This document shows, one piece after another, positions 49,785-59,304 of a DNA stretch of 64,000 nt. The notes under the pieces were generated by a model. It was not told the origin of the DNA and made no database searches. It saw only the letters and a list, made by a program, of their open reading frames with translations. Numbering within the stretch: position 1 is the first letter of the stretch; each line of letters opens with the position of its first letter. Position numbers and translations under genes: made by a program. This stretch comes from a virus (Duplodnaviria; Caudoviricetes): the IMG/VR virus record IMGVR_UViG_3300027847_001698; one strand, given 5' to 3'.

Positions 49785-50495
49785 TTATATGAACTCCAAG
49801 AATATAGATTCAAAGAATTCTCTGAAGAAATGATTAAAATACTTATTAGTGTCAACTGCTTTGACATCGACCAGACTGGAATTTGCAACTAATATAGTTC
49901 CATGTTTCTTTGTCTGAATTGCATTCTTTCCATCAACATCAACCATATAAAATTCAGGATTTGGATTATCTAACACTAATTTTTGTATATTATTTAATTG
50001 TGCAAATAATGTTTTTCTGTCGTAGAAGTTTAATTTTCTGAACTTCTCATACACCAAATCAAGATTATGGTATTTACCTTTAACTCCTTTTACAGTAACC
50101 CCATCTGTTCCACACGTCATATATTTTTTACGATCCGGAGTTAATACAATAAAATCTATATAACTTCTAAGATCTAATTCAAGAAAGTCTTCTGTTTTCT
50201 CTAGCAGTTTAGTTGAGATGAACCCGTCCCGTTGGGTAACAATGATATCCGAATCAGTTAAACTATTCTCGGATACATAAAATTGAATTAGACTATTTAT
50301 ATTAGATATTAAATATGAACTAAGATCAGGATTATTAATTTGGATTTTACCAATTTGAATATTCCTATCCCTTTTATTCATCTTTTCTAATTCGCTGACA
50401 TCCCAATCTATACTGTCGAGAATACGCATATATGCAGATTTAAAGTCGTACAGATATACATTCTTTATTATGAGAGGACATCTTTTGCTTATCAT
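49785..50495 (-). CDS. Stand-alone family-B DNA polymerase palm-like protein
   Basis: YDFKSAY resembles motif A (DxxSLY) and IVTQRDGFI resembles motif C (xTDG/S); only 236 aa. Confidence 0.5.
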   Translation of the reverse strand: MISKRCPLIIKNVYLYDFKSAYMRILDSIDWDVSELEKMNKRDRNIQIGKIQINNPDLSSYLISNINSLIQFYVSENSLTDSDIIVTQRDGFISTKLLEKTEDFLELDLRSYIDFIVLTPDRKKYMTCGTDGVTVKGVKGKYHNLDLVYEKFRKLNFYDRKTLFAQLNNIQKLVLDNPNPEFYMVDVDGKNAIQTKKHGTILVANSSLVDVKAVDTNKYFNHFFREFFESIFLEFI

Positions 50496-50553
50496 TATTA
50501 AAGGCAGATGCCCGTAAATCTATTAAATTCACGGACACTGCACTACAAATATG

Positions 50554-51327
50554 TTACAGCTTACACGTCATCATGACATCTTCATTCAGCTTAATCAGAT
50601 GATTAATGTCTGTGGTGATTGCCATGAATGCAAGTGTTTCATTCTTAATGTCACTCTTCTCAGTCATTTCAGCTACCAGTCCACTCAGTCGTGGAGAAGA
50701 TTTGCTAATATGTAACTTGATTGCATCAATATCCATGTCGGATGAATCTACAGAGATTGTTTCAATTGGTGAATCCTGTCCCTTTCTAACAACTGTTTTG
50801 ATAGTGGGGCTACCATCGAGTACATTAAACGAAATAGTATTCGTCTTACCAATATACGCTCTTTTGGTATTTGATTCAACAATAATTCCAGACTTGTGGA
50901 CAGTAATGTTACTAGGTGTGAAGTTTTCAATATACAATTGATCAAGATTCTCATGAAGATAAATATCACCTTTTAGTGTTTTTTCATCTCCATCATTTGT
51001 AATAAACAAGACATATCTGCCAGGTCTAACATTAGGGAATTGCATGTTAGCTTTGCTAGCATTAGATATCTTAGATCCATGTTCCTCTAGTAATGCATAC
51101 ACACTACCCGTATCAGGTGGGTCTACTTCTACTTCTACTTGTGCTTCAACTTCTTCTGCTGTTTCTGCTTCGGTAGTTACCATTTCAGTTGTAGTTTCCT
51201 CTGCAACTGTTTCTGGTGTATCCAATGCTTCCTCGGTTGGAGACTCAGCCACTATGGTTGACGATTCATTGTTTGTACCTAATAGCTCGTCCAGATCGTA
51301 CTGTTTTGTGTTGGTATCGTTTGACAT
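50554..51327 (-). CDS. Hypothetical protein with acidic low-complexity N-terminus
   Basis: E/T/A-rich first 70 aa, then a beta-rich domain. Confidence 0.7.
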   Translation of the reverse strand: MSNDTNTKQYDLDELLGTNNESSTIVAESPTEEALDTPETVAEETTTEMVTTEAETAEEVEAQVEVEVDPPDTGSVYALLEEHGSKISNASKANMQFPNVRPGRYVLFITNDGDEKTLKGDIYLHENLDQLYIENFTPSNITVHKSGIIVESNTKRAYIGKTNTISFNVLDGSPTIKTVVRKGQDSPIETISVDSSDMDIDAIKLHISKSSPRLSGLVAEMTEKSDIKNETLAFMAITTDINHLIKLNEDVMMTCKL

Positions 51328-51340
51328 TAAATAATAGCTC

Positions 51341-51937
51341 CTAGTCCTTGATTAAGGACAAAAACTCAGTTCTAGTCTGAGGTTGATTTTTAAATTTTCC
51401 TTTCATAGCTGAGGTTATCATTGAAGCATTTTGCTTCTTGACACCTCTACATATCATACAGAAATGCTGTGCTTCCATTATTACTCCGACACCATCTGGC
51501 TTTAAATACATGTCCATGGTCTCGGCAATGTCAACAGTCATTTTTTCCTGAATTTGTAATCTACTGGCAAATATATCAACAAGTCTTGCCATCTTAGATA
51601 ATCCTAATACTTTTCCGTTTGGAAGATAACCTATATGACATACCCCACTAAACGGTAGCATATGATGCTCACATATTGAAGTAAAATCAATATTTTTACA
51701 CATTACTATCTCGTCAGCGAGTTCTCCCTCACCTAAACCTTCTTGGAAGAATGTAGATAACACTGTAGAAATATCATGATTGTATCCAGCATACAATTCT
51801 ATCCATGATTTTACAACCCTGAATGGGGTATCAATCAATCCTTCTCTTGTTGGATTATCTCCAATAGATGCAAGAATTGATTTAACATTATCCATTGCTC
51901 CTGGAAACTTTGCTTCTACTTCTTCTTTAGTTATCAT
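51341..51937 (-). CDS. folE: GTP cyclohydrolase I
   Basis: TPFRV, SICEHHMLPF, LSKMAR, RLQIQE, HFCMICRGV. Confidence 0.97.
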   Translation of the reverse strand: MITKEEVEAKFPGAMDNVKSILASIGDNPTREGLIDTPFRVVKSWIELYAGYNHDISTVLSTFFQEGLGEGELADEIVMCKNIDFTSICEHHMLPFSGVCHIGYLPNGKVLGLSKMARLVDIFASRLQIQEKMTVDIAETMDMYLKPDGVGVIMEAQHFCMICRGVKKQNASMITSAMKGKFKNQPQTRTEFLSLIKD

Positions 51938-54900
51938 TATAATTCCTCTTTTATTTCGTAGTCTAATCCCATAGTCTTTAATTCTGATTGAAATAATCTG
52001 ATTGACTGACTTACGTCATCATCATTTTCATCCAATTTCATATCATCATTTTGGATCATTTTTGAGATAGTAGCATTTCTCTTTTTGATTGAATCCGATT
52101 TAGTGGTAAGAAACTCCCACAAATTAGATTCGGCTCCATGACCTGCTACTGCCCAAACTTCCATTTCTCCTAATCTTTGTCCACCCTTTCTATTCTTGCC
52201 ATCAAGCGGTTGACATGTTTTAGATGAATATGGTCCAACTCCTCTATGGGCTATTTTATCCTTTGATATATGATTCATCTTTATAAAATATTGATAACCT
52301 ACTGCAATCTCATTGATTATATTCTGTTCAAAATAAGATGGATCCTTATTGTGTTCATCATCCCCATAAGGATCATAACACGGATACTCCATTCTGGTTC
52401 CAGTATAATCCATTGCCTCTGATAATTTATCAACTGGGGTTGATTCATACGGAGGCTGAATAACATAGAACGAATCAATATGATTGACAATATACTCTAC
52501 TGATACTGCTTCTAAAAAGAGTTTCATTTGATGAGTATACTCTTTATTTTTAGTACTATCAATAATCTTTATATAGTTTAAAATGAATTCTTTAATTTCT
52601 TCTTCTTCTTCTTTATCTTCGAACTTCTTAACAATAATGTTTCTCATATCTTGAACGGACATTGCCATATGCAACTCAAAGAGCTGCCCAATATTCATTC
52701 TTGAAATCACACCTAATGGGTTCAGTACAACATCTGCACTTTGACCATTTTCTAATCTAGGCATTTCATGTTCTGGAACTATCTTTGAAATGATTCCCTT
52801 GTTTCCATGCCTGTTCCCAATTTTATCACCAACTTCAATTGGTCGTTTATACATTGCTGTTATTTCGAATCTAATCCCATCAATAGATCCACCTTTTACT
52901 TTATACGTCCCTCTCTTCTTCTCAGTGTTATCAATTGCAATTGATTCCAAGAAGTGACCTAACTGATCTTGACTAAGATACGTAGATAGGTTATCAATCA
53001 TACTAGTCCGATCTTTATTCTTTTGTGCTATCAATGATGTCACGAATGTATCATATTGTGGAAACTCTTTATTCCACTTGTTAGCAAAAAGTTTTACATC
53101 AGTGATAACACAATCTTCAGTTACCACCTTTTCAAACGGTTCATCAAATATCATATCCAGACTATCATTAATACCAGTCAATGTCTTTATCTTGGCATAT
53201 ATGTCACCTTTAGTCAAAACATCTCCAATATTAGGAATTCCCTTATATGCAGTTTCATCATCTCCAAGATTCAGTAAAAGCTTATTTGGGGGAACTTCAA
53301 ATGTCAAGTCTAAATAATGAACTGATGTCAATTCATTGTCTTTAACCAATCTATCAGATATTACTATAGCATCTTCAAAGTTATAACCATGCCATATAGT
53401 AACAGCAGTCAATAAGTTTTTACCAACAGTAAGTCTACCTTGTTTCAAATAATTACTTTCTGCAATCATTTGATCCTTCTTGAATGTATGACCTATATCA
53501 AAATAAACATGATAAAAATCATATATAGACAAGAATAACTTTTTGTAACCAATATTAAACGCTTGACATTTCTTGTTATCAAATTGAACAACTATGACAC
53601 TATCATCCTTGAATACCACAGTACCATCTCTAGAAGCGACAAAGCAGAATGAGGTATACTTGGTATACATTCCCTCCACTCCAGATTGTACTAGTGGTAC
53701 ATCGAAGTTTTCTAACATAATAGCATGACGTTGTTGGGAACTAGACATTTGTAATCTAGTTGGATCATCATGTTCTAAAAACGGAACATGTGATATGGCA
53801 ATTGAATTTCTGCAATCACCTTCCCCTTTATTAAACGTCAAATCATTTCCAAGCTGTATTGTTGGTGTCAAATATTGAACTGTTCCACAATTTTCTCTAT
53901 CCCCTGTATCCGCAGGACATACATGACTCTTCATTGAAGGATGTATATCTCTTAGGTATGGAGGAACATTTCCCTTTTCAAATCCACCTGGCCCAGACAA
54001 TGATAACCTAGTTAACATTGCTAACTCTGATAATGGGTTGATTGAAAAGTCAAACTGTACAATTGCAGACTGATTTATATTGTTTAGTATAACTTTAGAA
54101 TTATTCCGAAATCTATTCTTCTTAGATTGTCTCAATGAAACAATCATCTGGTAGAAGTCTCTAGCCAGATGAGAGTAAACTAATTGTTCAGAAAATCTAA
54201 TTCGTTTATTTGAATAGTCTAAATCGTCATTATCCCAATCTCCTAATGAGCTAATCAATTCCTCTAATACATTTGGTGTGGTGAGGAATTCCTTAGTGAA
54301 AATATCTACCTCAGATATTAGAAGAACGTTATTAACAATATCAACGTCCTCTTTTCTATTAAAGTACTGAGATAACAATCTCTTCTTGCTTGAAGGAGAG
54401 TCAATCAAATCTTTAATATCTTGTGCCAAATCGTAATCAATAGTAACATTGGTAGATAACGAATCTTCCTTTGTTATACCAAATCTATCCTTAATCTTAT
54501 CTTCTCCCAAATAAGCATAGACAAGATAACAAAACGGAACTTCCTTACCAAACAGAGTAACATAGTAAAAGTAAGGTCGTCTAAGACGTTGTTTCTTAGT
54601 TAAAGTAAAATTATGAATATTGGTCCTGAGTTTAATTATATCATTTCTTCGAATCAAAGGTCTATCAAACAATTGAAAGATCGAAACTTTTTTGTTTCCA
54701 CCAATAAAGAAATGATTATCTACAAGCCAAGGAATTTCATATTCTAAATCTAACGTCTTATTATCACCATGAACCATCGAAATTTTCAATATTCGAGATA
54801 TTGTTTGTTTTAATTCAGAGCGGTCAACTTTTTCTGGTCGTTCAACAGAAATAGAACTAACTCGAATACCATACTGTTCGCCACATTGCAGCATCTTAGT

Positions 54901-54996
54901 TATATTAGAAACAAGACTGTTTTCCCAGTCTTTCTGTCTAAGATCAAATATATTATGTTTACTTAATATATAATCAGGTACACATAGATTTAACAT
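51937..54996 (-). CDS. Multi-subunit RNA polymerase beta subunit (phage)
   Basis: GDKIGNRHGNKG, NPLGVISRMNIGQ, KMNHISKDK, GGQRLGEMEVWA. Confidence 0.96.
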   Translation of the reverse strand: MLNLCVPDYILSKHNIFDLRQKDWENSLVSNITKMLQCGEQYGIRVSSISVERPEKVDRSELKQTISRILKISMVHGDNKTLDLEYEIPWLVDNHFFIGGNKKVSIFQLFDRPLIRRNDIIKLRTNIHNFTLTKKQRLRRPYFYYVTLFGKEVPFCYLVYAYLGEDKIKDRFGITKEDSLSTNVTIDYDLAQDIKDLIDSPSSKKRLLSQYFNRKEDVDIVNNVLLISEVDIFTKEFLTTPNVLEELISSLGDWDNDDLDYSNKRIRFSEQLVYSHLARDFYQMIVSLRQSKKNRFRNNSKVILNNINQSAIVQFDFSINPLSELAMLTRLSLSGPGGFEKGNVPPYLRDIHPSMKSHVCPADTGDRENCGTVQYLTPTIQLGNDLTFNKGEGDCRNSIAISHVPFLEHDDPTRLQMSSSQQRHAIMLENFDVPLVQSGVEGMYTKYTSFCFVASRDGTVVFKDDSVIVVQFDNKKCQAFNIGYKKLFLSIYDFYHVYFDIGHTFKKDQMIAESNYLKQGRLTVGKNLLTAVTIWHGYNFEDAIVISDRLVKDNELTSVHYLDLTFEVPPNKLLLNLGDDETAYKGIPNIGDVLTKGDIYAKIKTLTGINDSLDMIFDEPFEKVVTEDCVITDVKLFANKWNKEFPQYDTFVTSLIAQKNKDRTSMIDNLSTYLSQDQLGHFLESIAIDNTEKKRGTYKVKGGSIDGIRFEITAMYKRPIEVGDKIGNRHGNKGIISKIVPEHEMPRLENGQSADVVLNPLGVISRMNIGQLFELHMAMSVQDMRNIIVKKFEDKEEEEEIKEFILNYIKIIDSTKNKEYTHQMKLFLEAVSVEYIVNHIDSFYVIQPPYESTPVDKLSEAMDYTGTRMEYPCYDPYGDDEHNKDPSYFEQNIINEIAVGYQYFIKMNHISKDKIAHRGVGPYSSKTCQPLDGKNRKGGQRLGEMEVWAVAGHGAESNLWEFLTTKSDSIKKRNATISKMIQNDDMKLDENDDDVSQSIRLFQSELKTMGLDYEIKEEL

Positions 54997-57749
54997 TCTA
55001 TTTCCGCCACCGGTTTATCATTTGTCATAATTTTTTCGAGAATTCCTGATGATTCCCCATCTCCAGAAATTATTCCATCTATCAAATATGATTTTGGTTT
55101 GCTGAATGCAAGTGCAAGAAGCCATGATTCCCTAGATGGGATCGACTCAATACTAACCATTTCATAATCTGTTATATCTCTTTCCGGATTAACTCTCCAT
55201 CTCATTTTCCCATTACGCATCATTTGAGAGACTATGCACTCATAATGAACCAATAGGACTAATTTATAAGCCGAGTATACACCGAATAGCTTCATAAGAG
55301 AATCGTAATAAGAATTCTTTTCACTTGCATGAAATACTTTCTTTACACGACTCAAATCATTTACAATATCTTGTTGTTGAGAAGCGTCTCCAGTTGATTT
55401 CTTTGCTGCACCTGATGTATGAAACGTTCTTAACACTAACTGGGTTGATACTTCTCCCATTGCTTGTGCTGCAATAATGCCAATGTATTTAGAATGTAAA
55501 TACTTATGACTTGACCCATAACATGTTTGACACACGCCATGGTCTTCACAAAACAACGGAGATCGAACATGTACTAATTGTCCCAGAAATGAATGATAGT
55601 TACCATATGTAATTTCAACTAATCCATCATCTGTTACACTATACCGTCCTATTAGAGACTTTGCTAATTTCAATCCTCCATTTTCCTTCTCGGGAATATT
55701 AATTGCAAGAGTATCTACTGTACCACAATCTTCGTTTTTACCCAATTCAAGATTAACAGAACAATACACCAATTTTCTAGTTAAGTATCCAGAATCTCCA
55801 GTGTTAAGTGCTGTATCTAATAATCCTTTTCTTGAACCATAGCAAGAGATGAAAAAATCATCTCTAGTCAATCCACCAATTAGATTACTCTTAATTGGTG
55901 TTTCAATGATCTTCCCTGCAAAGTTAGAAACAAATCCTCTACACAGCACAATCTGGTTCGCTTGATCCCATGATCCTCTTGAACCCGAATCGATGAATAG
56001 GGAATAAGGGAATGCTTCTCGTACCTTCTCTTGTATTTCTGTTGATTGAATCTTAGAGAATTTATCACCCCACTCTAATTCAGGATCATCCATTATATCG
56101 GACACTATTGTATCAGCGCCTTTTAATAACATATTCTTTAATGACATAGTACAACCAAATCGAGATGTAGACTTAAATCCTAACACCTTTATATCGTCTA
56201 AAATATCACACACTTGATCAGAGTTTCTAGTTCTAGCCAAATCATCCAACAAAACTCTCAACAGTTTTTTATCAATTACTTCATTGATGAATGGATAATC
56301 TGGCAATATGCTATTGAATTCAACTCTTCCTTCGTATGTATCAATGCCATCTGCTATCACCTTTTTAGATTCGTCTTCTTTGGTTAAGAGATATAATCCT
56401 AAAATTATATCCTGATTAACACCAAGAATAAGACTTCCAGTAGTTGGACAGATCAGATTGTTCTTTATAGATAACTTCTCTTTGCATTCTGCCGTGGTTT
56501 CTTCTGTCAACGGTCTATATATTGCCATTTGATCTCCATCAAAATCTGCATTATATGGCTCGCATACCATCGGATGTATTTTAATTACATTGTCAGTATT
56601 GATTAATACATCAAATGACAATATTCCCATTCTATGTAACGTTGGTTGTCTATTAAGAATAACGGATGTACCCTCACAACAGTTCTTTACAACATCTAAT
56701 AATGAGAGATCTTTAATTTTTATACATGAATCAATATGATCTATTGCTGAATCATATCGTTTGAATGTTCTCTTCTCTAGTAATTTGTTTGCTAGTTCCA
56801 ATTTATACAATTCAAGTGCAAGCACATAAGGTATAGAGCATTGATTTAATCTCAAACTAGGTTCAGGTGCAATAACTGCTCTCCCTGAAAAATCAACTCT
56901 CTTGCCCAAAATCGATCCTCTGATCAATCCTGTTTTCTTACTCAACTTCTTGAATATAAAATCATAAAGAGACGTTACATGTCGTTGAAGATTTCTAAAT
57001 GTGGCTTCCCGTATTCCTGCAACCGCAGCAGTTTCTAAATGGTCGTCCTTCATTAAAATCGAGAAATTCAAGATAGTTGTTAAATATCTATTCATCTCAT
57101 CTCGCATTTGAGCATCCTTTGTCTTAGACACTGGTCTAAACTCAGGTGGTAAGATAATTATATTAGACATGTAAAATTTAGACAAGTGAGTCTCAACTAT
57201 TTTCCACATCGCATCTTTATCTTTCTTTCTATCACACTCAAACTTTACGAGATCGTAAACTCCATCAACACCAATAAACACAGGTTTATCATCTGGTAAT
57301 GTTGGAAGTTCCTCTTCATCTGATTCCCTCTCTTTGAATATTCGTTCAACTAATACATAACTAGCCAACTCTTCATCAAAATAATATGCATAAATCTTTT
57401 CATTAAAGAACAGATTCTCTATCATGTCCCTCATTTTTGTCTTTCCTGCCCTAATAATTAATTGATACATAATAGGGTTTAGTATTGGAAAGGGTAACAC
57501 TATTTTTGCAAATCTTTTTCGTCTCTCATTAGAATATGTAATGTCTACATCACATGTTCCACATTTATCTCCAATTCTAGATCTTCCCCAATACGTTTTA
57601 CAACCACACCATGTAGTTTTGACTGGTCCGAATATCTTTTCACTGAAAAGACCTTCTGGGTGAAATCCGTGCTTTGAATAAATTTTAGAACTTGATACTT
57701 GGGGTATACCCTCGCAGAATTCATCTACGTTAAAGAAATCTAATTTCAC
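54990..57749 (-). CDS. Multi-subunit RNA polymerase beta' subunit (phage)
   Basis: GLFSEKIFGP, zinc ribbon, GKRVDFSGRAVI, NRQPTLH, NADFDGD, bridge helix TGDSGYLTRKLV, trigger loop GEVSTQLVLRTFH. Confidence 0.97.
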   Translation of the reverse strand: MKLDFFNVDEFCEGIPQVSSSKIYSKHGFHPEGLFSEKIFGPVKTTWCGCKTYWGRSRIGDKCGTCDVDITYSNERRKRFAKIVLPFPILNPIMYQLIIRAGKTKMRDMIENLFFNEKIYAYYFDEELASYVLVERIFKERESDEEELPTLPDDKPVFIGVDGVYDLVKFECDRKKDKDAMWKIVETHLSKFYMSNIIILPPEFRPVSKTKDAQMRDEMNRYLTTILNFSILMKDDHLETAAVAGIREATFRNLQRHVTSLYDFIFKKLSKKTGLIRGSILGKRVDFSGRAVIAPEPSLRLNQCSIPYVLALELYKLELANKLLEKRTFKRYDSAIDHIDSCIKIKDLSLLDVVKNCCEGTSVILNRQPTLHRMGILSFDVLINTDNVIKIHPMVCEPYNADFDGDQMAIYRPLTEETTAECKEKLSIKNNLICPTTGSLILGVNQDIILGLYLLTKEDESKKVIADGIDTYEGRVEFNSILPDYPFINEVIDKKLLRVLLDDLARTRNSDQVCDILDDIKVLGFKSTSRFGCTMSLKNMLLKGADTIVSDIMDDPELEWGDKFSKIQSTEIQEKVREAFPYSLFIDSGSRGSWDQANQIVLCRGFVSNFAGKIIETPIKSNLIGGLTRDDFFISCYGSRKGLLDTALNTGDSGYLTRKLVYCSVNLELGKNEDCGTVDTLAINIPEKENGGLKLAKSLIGRYSVTDDGLVEITYGNYHSFLGQLVHVRSPLFCEDHGVCQTCYGSSHKYLHSKYIGIIAAQAMGEVSTQLVLRTFHTSGAAKKSTGDASQQQDIVNDLSRVKKVFHASEKNSYYDSLMKLFGVYSAYKLVLLVHYECIVSQMMRNGKMRWRVNPERDITDYEMVSIESIPSRESWLLALAFSKPKSYLIDGIISGDGESSGILEKIMTNDKPVAEIEC

Positions 57750-57763
57750 GTCTAGTTCCTAAT

Positions 57764-58327
57764 TTATGAAGTTGATACACTAAATGATATTGAATTTATC
57801 TTATCTGCAATGATACCGTTAATGCTTTCTTTTAAATCTGAAGTTCTATTAGCTAGTGTGGCGTTTATAGCTGGAGCTAATGTATTATCGAATTCTTGTT
57901 TAATAAGTCTAATTAAATTTTCATCACAATATCGTTCAATTACATCAGTTATTATTGAATGATCTCTTTTAATAACTGCTTCAACTCCTTCCATGATAAC
58001 AGTAGATAGAATATCATTAGTTAACATGTTAGTAACTGAAACGTCTGCACATAGCATATCAAGATCACCATACTTCTCAACACTTTTAAACTTCCACCCT
58101 TTAGTCTGTCTATCATAACTCATTCGGCTATTGTACTTCGCAAACTGTTTCTTAAACTCCTCAATTCCAGTAATACCATAATCCTGTTCTAAGTCTGTAG
58201 ATATAATATGTAACTCTTTTAAGGTAAAACTATCCTGATTATCAAATTCTTCCGTGGCAGTTATAACATCGTTTATTAATGTTTCTATGTTATTAACTAC
58301 AGGAACTGAATTAATTTCATCTGACAT
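57764..58327 (-). CDS. Hypothetical protein
   Basis: 187 aa, coupled between the E2-like gene and beta'. Confidence 0.65.
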   Translation of the reverse strand: MSDEINSVPVVNNIETLINDVITATEEFDNQDSFTLKELHIISTDLEQDYGITGIEEFKKQFAKYNSRMSYDRQTKGWKFKSVEKYGDLDMLCADVSVTNMLTNDILSTVIMEGVEAVIKRDHSIITDVIERYCDENLIRLIKQEFDNTLAPAINATLANRTSDLKESINGIIADKINSISFSVSTS

Positions 58328-59029
58328 TTATTTCTCCTTTAGTATATGTTTAAGAGTTTCAAAATGCTTATTATGCTCATATGGATTATCCATATTTACA
58401 TATCCTAACATCATCTTAGCTATATTTAAAGAATCCGGAGTTAAACACATTCGCTTAATAGCGGAATCCATGCAAAATTTATTATTTAGTGGACTTAAAT
58501 TGGGATGTACACCTGTACAATATAAGCCCCCTCTTAATGTTTTGTCAATAGAAATCTTAAACTCTGTGATTCCATAACCTAACTGCCTTAATTCATCTGG
58601 GTTTGTCCTGATTATTTTTCCATTGTACAGTATCGAATTAATCGGAATATAATCAACCCATATTATCCATTTATTATTAACAAGATATCCTTGTTTTAAA
58701 ATTTCATTTATGGCTTGACATCCTTCAGTGGTAGCGAAATAGGTTAATCTCTTTACATCTGCCATTATCCTAGTCAAACTTGAAGCCAATGAAACGTGTG
58801 CCTTAACTTTACGTGATACTATAAATTTTCTAATGTCCCTTAATACATCAGATAAATTGATTTGAATATCGCCTATTATAATCAACCCTGTCCTATCTTT
58901 TGATAATCTATATCCCGATTTTTGTTTATTTATTAAACATACTGAATACATATTATCTTCATCATAATGTTCCCAATTATTAATATCTGATAACGTTAAT
59001 AATTTTGATACTTCATCTAATATGGTCAC
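58328..59029 (-). CDS. Prokaryotic E2/UBC-like protein
   Basis: HPNLSPLNNKFC (HPN plus Cys 11 residues on; 58472..58507) followed by LGYVNMDNPY. Confidence 0.55.
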   Translation of the reverse strand: MTILDEVSKLLTLSDINNWEHYDEDNMYSVCLINKQKSGYRLSKDRTGLIIIGDIQINLSDVLRDIRKFIVSRKVKAHVSLASSLTRIMADVKRLTYFATTEGCQAINEILKQGYLVNNKWIIWVDYIPINSILYNGKIIRTNPDELRQLGYGITEFKISIDKTLRGGLYCTGVHPNLSPLNNKFCMDSAIKRMCLTPDSLNIAKMMLGYVNMDNPYEHNKHFETLKHILKEK

Positions 59030-59304
59030 GCCGTTCCTGTTAATGGATTAACCGTGACCTCTAAATTGTTATCAAAATCTTTTCTGAACGTCAAAGCAAA
59101 CTTCTTTTGTGGGAATAATGTACATTCTGTTTTGACTTCAGCTTGTACTGTTTTAATAAAATCTAATATTGAAAATCTGGACCCGTCTACCTGTTTAGGT
59201 CTTTTAGAGGAATCAGATCTAATTGATATTTTCATATGTGGATTTTCATATATAAATCCACTTAATGCGTTTTCATTTTCTACTTGGTTAATTAATCGAT
59301 TCAT
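59026..59304 (-). CDS. Small protein, candidate beta-grasp ubiquitin-like modifier
   Basis: Apparent beta-beta-alpha-beta-beta hydrophobic pattern; ends EVTVNPLTG-TA; overlaps both the E1-like and E2-like genes. Confidence 0.35.
   Translation of the reverse strand: MNRLINQVENENALSGFIYENPHMKISIRSDSSKRPKQVDGSRFSILDFIKTVQAEVKTECTLFPQKKFALTFRKDFDNNLEVTVNPLTGTA

Noticed and set aside
45477-49888. Track start sites 45539 (Gat) and 49888 (Trp-repeat protein)
   Set aside because: They overlap upstream genes; Ntn chemistry requires the Met-Cys start at 45476, and ATG 49777 removes the overlap.
51937-57749. Host chromosomal rpoB/rpoC (bacterial contig)
   Set aside because: Reversed order, reduced size, no flanking ribosomal protein genes, and embedded among terminase and tail genes.
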